Shown here piece by piece: positions 57,499 through 64,000 of a stretch of DNA of 64,000 nt (within the stretch, counting starts at the first letter, position 1; each line of letters opens with the position of its first letter). Source of the stretch: an uncultured Pseudomonadota bacterium (GTDB lineage: Bacteria; Myxococcota_A; Polyangia; Fen-1088); NCBI GenBank assembly GCA_963729535.1, contig CAVSOL010000017.1, positions 233,456 to 297,455 on the forward strand, in the 5' to 3' direction. Under the pieces are notes generated by a model that was given only the letters and a program-made list of their open reading frames with translations, had not been told where the DNA came from and made no database searches. The translations under genes were made by a program, and so were the position numbers.

Positions 57499-58782
57499 GT
57501 GACGGGGAGAGGCGCATGGCTTCGAACGCTCGTGGGGGTCGCCGCCATCGGCGGCGCGGCGAGGCTGGCGCGCGCCGAGGCGCCGGTCGTGGCGGCCGCG
57601 ATGGCGCCTCGACTGAAGGACCCGTGTCCGAAGGGCGCGCGCCCAGGCGAATGGGTGAGGCTGCCTGACGGCGGCCCGGCGTCCCCTCAGCGTCCCGCGC
57701 CGGCCTCGGCGCGCTTCGACGGTCGGCGCTTCGTCGTTGGATACGCCGAGCGGTCGGCCAGCTTCGATCTCTGCGGCGAGACATGGTCGGCTTCGGCAGC
57801 CAGCGCGGACCGGCGCGCGCACCGTCGGGCCCGCGCGCGGTCGATGGCATCGATGTTGGCGGCGCGCGGCTCATCCCGGGCTACGACCCGCGGCGATCGA
57901 GCTACGACGTGTTCGCGACGGCGCGGCTGGTGCTGCCCTCGGGCAAGGAGATCCGCGCGCCCGCCGCGGGCGCTCCGTCGCCGCGCATGTACGCCGTCGT
58001 CGCGTTCGACGGCCGGCGGCTGCTGGTGTGGGGCGGCTACGGGCCCACGCCCGACGGCCGCCGCGAGGCGTTCGGCGACGGCGCCGTCCTGGACACGCGA
58101 ACGAAGACGTGGCGGCCGATGTCGGCGGCGGGCGCGCCGTCCGCCCGCTTCCTGCCGGTGTCGGCGTGGACGGGCAGCAAGCTGCTGGTGTGGGGGGGCG
58201 GCGCGGGCTCGCCGGGACGCGAGCCGACGCTGTTCCGGGACGGCGCCGCGCTACGATCCCGTGCGCAACGTCTGGACGGCGATGTCGGCGGACGGTGCGC
58301 CGCCGCCGCGCTGGAAGCCGGTGACCGTGTGGACGGGAAGCGCGATGGTGCTGGCGGGCGGCGGCGACTCGCTGACCATCGGCGGCGCGCGCGGCAAGGA
58401 CGACGCCTACGTCTACGAACCGAAGGGCGATCGCTGGTCGGTGGTCGACGGCGCGCCGAAGCTCGCCGAGGCGCACTGGGTCCGCAGCTACGTCGATGCG
58501 CAGGGGCGCGTGCTGTTCTTCGACACGCACAGCCTGAAGTCGTTCGGCGTGCTCGATCCACGGACGCGGCGCTTCGACGACGTCGCGCTGCCCGAGACGC
58601 TGCGCGAGCGCTCCGGCATCGGCGTGGCGTGGACGGGAGCGCGCGCGCTGGTGTGGGGCGGCTACCGGCAGATCCCCGGCTACGTCAACCCGTGCGACAA
58701 CTTCCGCGGCCCGGGTGGCTGCGACCCGCCGTCGCCACCGTTTGCGGTGTTCGCGGACGGCTGGGTGTTCACGCCACCGTAG
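57499..58782 (+). CDS. Secreted Kelch-like beta-propeller protein. Two frame changes (about 57830 and 58250).
   Basis: Signal LRTLVGVAAIGGAARLARA. Repeated blades carry LLVWGGYG, LLVWGGGAG, MVLAGGG and ALVWGGY. ORFs 57499..58782 and 57783..58985 interleave. Confidence 0.75.
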   Translation: MTGRGAWLRTLVGVAAIGGAARLARAEAPVVAAAMAPRLKDPCPKGARPGEWVRLPDGGPASPQRPAPASARFDGRRFVVGYAERSASFDLCGETWSASAASADRRAHRRARARSMASMLAARGSSRATTRGDRATTCSRRRGWCCPRARRSARPPRALRRRACTPSSRSTAGGCWCGAATGPRPTAAARRSATAPSWTRERRRGGRCRRRARRPPASCRCRRGRAASCWCGGAARARRDASRRCSGTAPRYDPVRNVWTAMSADGAPPPRWKPVTVWTGSAMVLAGGGDSLTIGGARGKDDAYVYEPKGDRWSVVDGAPKLAEAHWVRSYVDAQGRVLFFDTHSLKSFGVLDPRTRRFDDVALPETLRERSGIGVAWTGARALVWGGYRQIPGYVNPCDNFRGPGGCDPPSPPFAVFADGWVFTPP

Positions 58783-58801
58783 CTACGTCATCCGGTCGCG
58801 C

Positions 58802-60388
58802 TCAGGGCGCGCCGGTGACCAGCACCGGCTTCTGCGGCACGCCGCCCACGTATTCGATCGCCACCGCGACGTTCTTCGACGGGAACATCGTGCGGTCGGC
58901 CAGGTTCAGCTTGTCCCAGCCGACGCCGCGCGCGCGCAGATCGGCGACCGAGGCCGCGGCGATCCACGACCCGGTGTTGGCGTAGAAGCCGGAACGGTCC
59001 TGCGCCCGGATGGCCTCGACCGAGCCGCCGACGGCGTGGGTGTGGCCGAGGACGACGACGCTGATGCCGGCCGGGCCGCCGAGCAGCCGCGCCGCGGCCG
59101 CGTTCAGCGGATCTCCGAACAGCTCGGCGCGCAGGTGGACGAGCGCCTGTGGATCGATGGCGCGCAGCTCGGTCAGCGCGGCGCGGAAGTCGGGCAGCGC
59201 CTTGGCGGCGCGGGTGAGCGCGGTCCACAGCCCGGCCAGCGCGGGATCGAAGCGGAAGCGCATCAGCGCGCCGGTGAGCGAGGCGACGCTGACGTCGCCG
59301 TTGATCAACCGGTTGCTGACGTGCTCGATCATCTCGGTCGACGGATTCCGGGCCGCGGTCGCTCGCCCCTGGCGTGCCGAAGGCGCTCTGCAGCAGCGAC
59401 GTCGACCGCGTTGCGGTTGAAGTCGCCGCTCTCGGCGACGCGCAGCAGGTCGATGAAGCGCATCACCGCCCCCGCGTCGCGCTGCGGGTCGGGGTTGTCG
59501 CGCATCGCCCACAGGATCGCGGCCGACTGCGGGTAGAGGTTGTCGATGAACGGCAGCCGGCGCTCGACGTCCGTGTAGAACTGGTCGACGAAGATCTCGC
59601 CCCAGCTAGCCTGCAGGCGGCAGGCGCCGTCGCGATCGCGGCCAAACGGCGCGTGGCTGGTCGAGAACCTGTTCGCCGCGTCGAACGCGTGCCCGTGCTC
59701 GACGTGAACGCCGCCGTGGTCGTAGGTCGGGCCGGGCGTGAACAGCAGGCGCGACGGGTCGCGCGGCTGGATGGCGCGCGCGATCGCGAGCTGCACCTTG
59801 GGCCACAACAGATCCGCGTCGTGGTTGCCGGCGACGATGATCACGCGGTGATCGCCGCCGTCCAGCAGCTTGCCGAGGTCGCGTGAACACCGAGCGGTGC
59901 GCCGCGATCACCAGCTCGACGGCGGCGACGCCGAAGGCCTGGTCCGCGCCCAGCACGGCGCCCTCCGCCGGCTGGCGGGCATCCGTCCGTCTGGGCAGCG
60001 CGCCCAGCGCCGCCGCGATCTGCCAGAACTCGATGAAGTCGCCGTTGATGATCAGGTCGGTGGGGCCGGCCGCGGCCTGCCGCGCGAGGAACGCCGTCCA
60101 GGCGGCCTCGGAGTAGAAGTCCTCGATGCCGGTGAACCGCGCGTCGGTGGCGCCGGGGCCGAGGTGCAGGTCGCTGACGATCACCTTGCGCCGCAACTGC
60201 GGCTCGACATCGACCAGCGCGGCGTCCGCCACCGTCCGCGCCAGCAGCCGATCGCACAGCGTCCGGTCGTCGAGCTGCGCGGCCGGGAAGCGCGCCGCGA
60301 TCGGATCGCCCGCCGGGGTGGCGGGCGTCGGCCCGGTGATGGCGCACGCGGACGCCAGAAACAGCACGGCCCACGCCCTTGCGAGCAT
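58802..60388 (-). CDS. Secreted calcineurin-like metallophosphoesterase. Two frame changes (about 59340 and 59865).
   Basis: Lipobox-like AVLFLASACA. Metallophosphoesterase motifs: VIVSDLHLG, INGDFIEFW, IIVAGNHD, VVLGHTH. Confidence 0.85.
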
Positions 60389-60505
60389 GGGCCGAGCTTA
60401 ACTCAATGGGCGGCGATCCAGCGTGACGCCGCTCGCTGCCTGTCCTTGAGCTTCAATCGGGCGACGCTGGGGCACGCGCTGACCGGCCGGTGCTAGGCTG
60501 CGGTC

Positions 60506-61094
60506 GTGGCTGCGAAGGCACGCGCGGCGCTGGGATTCAGCGTCCACATCGGCAAGGCGGCGGTGGTCGCGGTCGGCGGGGCGGCCGGCGCGCCCGAGAT
60601 TCTTGGCAAGGCCGCGCTGCAGGTGGCGACGACGTTCGAGGAGGGGGCGGTGTTCCACATGGGGCAGGAGCTGCCGCTCGACGAGGCGCGTGCGCTCATC
60701 CGGGATTCCGAGGTGCGGTTCACCGAACGCGCGCGCGACCAGCTCGCGGCGTTCGTCGCGCAGCTAGGCGCGCGCGTCGTCGCCGCCGGCATGGTGGCGG
60801 CGCCGCCCAAGGCGCTGCCGCCGATCGAATCGATCCTGAAGGCGCACCCGCTGGTTCACGCGGCGGAGGGCGAGCTGTACCGGCGCGTGTTCTCCGAGGC
60901 GGCGGCATCGTCTGGGCGCCGCGCCGGCGCGCGTGCCGGCCGACGCGCTCGCCGGCCGCGCCGCTGCTGCCGCGGGGCTCACGCCGGCGAAGCTCGCGGC
61001 GCGGCTGGCCGCGATGGGCAAGGCGTCGGGCAAGCCTTGGGCGGCGGATCAGAAGCAGGCGGCGCTTGCGGCCTGGATCGCGCTTGTGGGTTAA
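60506..61094 (+). CDS. Hypothetical protein. One frame change near 60915.
   Basis: GTG start. AALGFSVHIGKAAVVAVGG..ILKAHPLVHAAEGELYRRVF continues in a third frame as ..LTPAKLAARLAAMGKASGKPWAADQKQAALAAWIALVG, ending at TAA 61092-61094. Confidence 0.45.
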
Positions 61095-61104
61095 CGTCGG
61101 GCCG

Positions 61105-61938
61105 ATGCTGTCGCTGATGCTGTCGCTGGCGCTGCTCGCCGTCGATCCGCCGTCGCTGCAGGCTCTCGCCGCGCCCGCGCGCGGAAGAGTCGGCTTCGCT
61201 GCACTGGATCTCGCGGCGGGGCGAACGCTCGGGCTGAACGAGAAGAAAGCGTTCCCGACGCAGAGCGTGTTCAAGTTTCCGATCGCGATCGAAGTCCTGC
61301 GCCAGGTCGATGCCGGGAAGCTGTCGCTCGATCGCGTCGTTACGCTGGACGCGGCGGACGCGCGCGTGGGCCCCCCCAGCCCGATCACCGTCCCCGGCAA
61401 GGCGACGATCCGGCAGCTCCTGGAGGCGATGGTCGTTCGCAGCGACAACGTCGGGTGCGACAAGCTGCTGGCGCTGATCGGCGGACCGCGCGCCGTCGAC
61501 GCGCGCATGCAGGCGCTGGGCATCGACGGCATCGTCATCCGCTTCACCGAGCTGGAGATGGGCGCCGGCAAGGGCGACAACACCGCGACCCCGGCCGCGA
61601 TGGTGGCGCTGCTGGCGAAGGTCGCCCGCGGTCAGCTCGGCCTGTCGGCGGGCACCGCGAAGGTGCTCGACAAGCTGCTGCTCGACGTCGTCACCGGTCC
61701 GCAGCGCATCAAGGGCGGCCTTCCGCCCGGCACGCCGGTGGCACACAAGACGGGCACCTCCCGCACTCTCGACGGCAAGACCGACGCGACGAACGATGTC
61801 GGCCTGGTGACCTTGCCCAACGGCAACCGCATCGCCGTCGTCGTCTTCGTCAGCGCGTCACCCGCCGACGAAGCGACGCGCGAACGAACGATCGCCGACC
61901 TGGCGCGCGCGGCCTACGACAGGTTCAGCGCGAAGTAG
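61105..61938 (+). CDS. bla: Class A beta-lactamase
   Basis: Class A motifs: SVFK (SxxK), SDN, TELEMG (Glu166 region) and HKTGTS (KTG). The position expected for Asn170 reads Gly. Confidence 0.9.
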   Translation: MLSLMLSLALLAVDPPSLQALAAPARGRVGFAALDLAAGRTLGLNEKKAFPTQSVFKFPIAIEVLRQVDAGKLSLDRVVTLDAADARVGPPSPITVPGKATIRQLLEAMVVRSDNVGCDKLLALIGGPRAVDARMQALGIDGIVIRFTELEMGAGKGDNTATPAAMVALLAKVARGQLGLSAGTAKVLDKLLLDVVTGPQRIKGGLPPGTPVAHKTGTSRTLDGKTDATNDVGLVTLPNGNRIAVVVFVSASPADEATRERTIADLARAAYDRFSAK

Positions 61939-62001
61939 CCGCTGGCACTTGATTGGGCAGAGAACCACCCCCCGTTCTCTGCCTAATCAAGATGCGCCTG
62001 G

Positions 62002-62571
62002 TCAGCGCAGCGCCGCCGGCCAGGCGGGCAGGGCTTGCGCCTGGGCGAGCGACAGCGGCGGCGCGGGGGTCGCGACCAGCTCCTGCAGCGGGAGCCGCCA
62101 CCAGCCGACGTCGTGCCAGGCGCCGTGTTTCCAGCCGACCGCCGGGTAGACGCCCACCGGGCGGAAGCCGAACGCCTCGTGGATGCCGACGCTGGCGGCG
62201 TTGGGCAGCGTGATGCCGGCGTGGGCCACGTAGAAGCCTTGCAGGCGCAGCAGCGGCAGCAACGTTTCGTACAGCGCCCGCCCGACGCCGCGGCGATGGT
62301 GGCCGGCGCCAACGTAGACCGCGACGTCGACCGACCACTGGTAGGCCGCGCGTTCGTGGTGGCGTGAGGCGTACGCGTAGCCGCACGGCTCGCCGCCGTC
62401 GCCGGCGCACACGAGCCAGGGGGCGCGCGCCAGCACGGCGTCGATGCGCGCCGCCATGTCGGCGGCGCTGGGCGGCTCGATCTCGAACGACGTCACCGCG
62501 TCGGTGACGTAGGGGCGGTAGATCGCCGCGATCGCGGCGGCGTCGCCGGTGGTGGCCATGCGGATGTCCAT
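62002..62571 (-). CDS. GNAT N-acetyltransferase, phosphinothricin-acetyltransferase-like
   Basis: MDIRMATTGDAAAIAAIYRPYV..TSFE..YAYASRHHERAAYQWSVDVAVYV..HRRGVGRALY..NAASVGIHEAFGFRPVGVYPAVGWKHGAWHDVGWW. Confidence 0.9.
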   Translation of the reverse strand: MDIRMATTGDAAAIAAIYRPYVTDAVTSFEIEPPSAADMAARIDAVLARAPWLVCAGDGGEPCGYAYASRHHERAAYQWSVDVAVYVGAGHHRRGVGRALYETLLPLLRLQGFYVAHAGITLPNAASVGIHEAFGFRPVGVYPAVGWKHGAWHDVGWWRLPLQELVATPAPPLSLAQAQALPAWPAALR

Positions 62572-62660
62572 GCGCAAATCCTAGTCCCAATCTCGCCGCG
62601 GCGTCTAGACGGCTCTAACATCAAAAGAGCACCGCAGCTGTGTCTAAGCGGGTGGGAGCC

Positions 62661-63461
62661 ATGTCGAAGCTCATAGGACTGCTGGTGATTGCGACGCTCG
62701 CGTGCGGGGGCGGGGGCCGGGGGCACGGGCGCGGGCGGGGGTGCGTCGCCGGCAGTGGCGGCCGCGGCGGCAGCGGCACGGACGCCGCGCGCCGTCGGCT
62801 GCACGTACAACCCGCTGGTCACGCTCGCCGCCTGCGTCGACACCATCCGCGACGCACCGTCACGGCCGCCCCGGGCACCCGCTTCGACTACGGGTCGACG
62901 CACCTGAGCGTCGCGGCGCGCATGGCGGAGGTCGCTTCGGGCAAGACGTGGGCGCAGCTGTTCGCGGACACGTTGCGCACGCCGCTGGGCCTCAGCGCGG
63001 AGGTCGCGTACTTCGCGCTCCCCAAGCAGCAGCTCGGGGCGATGAACCCGCTGGCGGCCGGCGGCTTGCGCGCGTCGATGAACGACTACTCCGGCTTCCT
63101 GGCGCTGGCGTTCCACCGCGGCAGCGCCCGCGGCATCACGATCGGTACGCCCGCGCTGTTCGACGAGCAGGCGAAGGAGCCGTATCCGGCCGCCGTCATC
63201 GGCTCCTCGCCGGTGATGCAGGTCGGCCTTCCTTATCGTTACGGGCTGACCGCCTGGTTGATGTGCGACACGCCGGCGACCGGCTGCGCGGAGCTGAGCT
63301 CGCCGGGCGCCTTCGGCTTCACACCGTGGTTCGATCGCGCGGCCGGCTACTACGCCATCCTGGGCATGGAGCTGGACGGCGACCAGGTCGACAACGGCGT
63401 CGTCGACTTCGCCGTCAAGCTGCAGCAGCAGCTCGCGCCGCTGATCCGCGCGCAGCTCTGA
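62661..63461 (+). CDS. Truncated or degenerate beta-lactamase-family (class C/PBP4*-like) serine hydrolase lipoprotein lacking the SxxK segment. At least 1 frame change in 62700-62880.
   Basis: Lipobox VIATLACGG. Only the C-terminal two-thirds of the fold is recognisable (PGTRFDYGSTHLSVAARMAEVASGKTWAQLFADTLRTPLGL). YSN reads YGS, and no KTG/HTG motif is present. Confidence 0.55.
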   Translation: MSKLIGLLVIATLACGGGGRGHGRGRGCVAGSGGRGGSGTDAARRRLHVQPAGHARRLRRHHPRRTVTAAPGTRFDYGSTHLSVAARMAEVASGKTWAQLFADTLRTPLGLSAEVAYFALPKQQLGAMNPLAAGGLRASMNDYSGFLALAFHRGSARGITIGTPALFDEQAKEPYPAAVIGSSPVMQVGLPYRYGLTAWLMCDTPATGCAELSSPGAFGFTPWFDRAAGYYAILGMELDGDQVDNGVVDFAVKLQQQLAPLIRAQL

Positions 63462-63528
63462 GTCTCCCCGTACGGCGTTGGCGTAAAACGCGCAGACCGC
63501 GCTGGCGCCGGTCTTAGCTTCAGGCGGC

Positions 63529-64000
63529 ATGAGCGATTTGTGGTTCGCGGTCGCCGTGTTCGTCGGGATGCCGGCCTGCTGCCAGGTGGGTTACTGGCTG
63601 GGGCGGCACGCGCGGCGGCGCCCCGAGGGCGACGCGCTGTCGCACACGATGAACTGGCAGGCGGCGGTGCTGGCGCTGGGCGCGCTGCTGATCGGCTTCA
63701 CGTTTTCGATGGCGACGCAGCGCTTCGAGGACCGCAAGAAGATCCTGATCAACGAGGCGAACGCGATCGGGACCGCCTACCTGCGCACGCGGGTCGTCGA
63801 TGACCCGGCGGGGGAGGAGATCCGGGCGCTCATGCGCCAGTACATCGACGAGCGGATGTCGCTCTACGACGTCAACGACCCGGCGCGCGTCGAGGCGGTG
63901 GAGCAAGCGTCGGCGGTGTTGCAGCAGCAGATCTGGTCGCGGGTGATGGCGGTCGCGCGCGACTATCAGCGCCCGGTCATGACCAGCCTGCTCGTCGCCA
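63529..64000 (+). CDS. Membrane protein, DUF4239-like (tentative). 5' part only; the gene runs off the window.
   Basis: The frame is open from the ATG at 63529 to the window end. MSDLWFAVAVFVGMPACCQVGYWLG..AAVLALGALLIGFTFSMATQRFEDRKKILINEANAIGTAYLR. Confidence 0.5.
   Translation, partial: MSDLWFAVAVFVGMPACCQVGYWLGRHARRRPEGDALSHTMNWQAAVLALGALLIGFTFSMATQRFEDRKKILINEANAIGTAYLRTRVVDDPAGEEIRALMRQYIDERMSLYDVNDPARVEAVEQASAVLQQQIWSRVMAVARDYQRPVMTSLLVA

Overview
This is a very GC-rich bacterial chromosome segment, roughly 70% GC by eye and not computed. The gene content looks like Myxococcota: alternative complex III, several sigma-54 activators, PEGA/Kelch/TPR lipoproteins, an AgmX/TonB-like protein and an A2M-PbpC pair. 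This is an inference, since no search was possible. I support about 60 protein-coding genes and found no rRNA, tRNA, CRISPR array, transposase or phage genes.

The assembled sequence carries about three dozen reading-frame changes inside otherwise recognisable genes. They are densest in the first 8 kb, and several sit at short homopolymers. I therefore read them as indel errors, not pseudogenes, and give gene spans across the frame changes.

Main blocks:
- 1-7026 (-): alternative complex III operon (actA/actB/actC) with a NarI-like protein, a dihaem cytochrome c and an FHA-type sigma-54 activator upstream.
- 8.4-16.8 kb: housekeeping and DUF genes.
- 16752-22278 (-): a four-gene signalling operon (periplasmic TPR histidine kinase, sigma-54 activator, two atypical receiver domains).
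- 22864-34400 (+): SPFH protein, SH3-like protein and two small proteins, then a thioester alpha-2-macroglobulin and pbpC.
- 40356-52790 (-): a tightly coupled operon of 11 or 12 ORFs.
- 53-64 kb: mixed accessory genes, including a class A beta-lactamase.

The 40356-52790 operon is the most interesting candidate. It joins a flagellar-type MotA/MotB stator and a membrane-tethered FliG-like protein to three outer-membrane beta-barrels, four lipoproteins and a TonB-like protein. No other flagellar genes occur in the window. A second notable signal is a 34-nt leader motif with a perfect palindrome (GGGAACCCT-N3-AGGGTTCCC) that occurs twice in front of unrelated genes.
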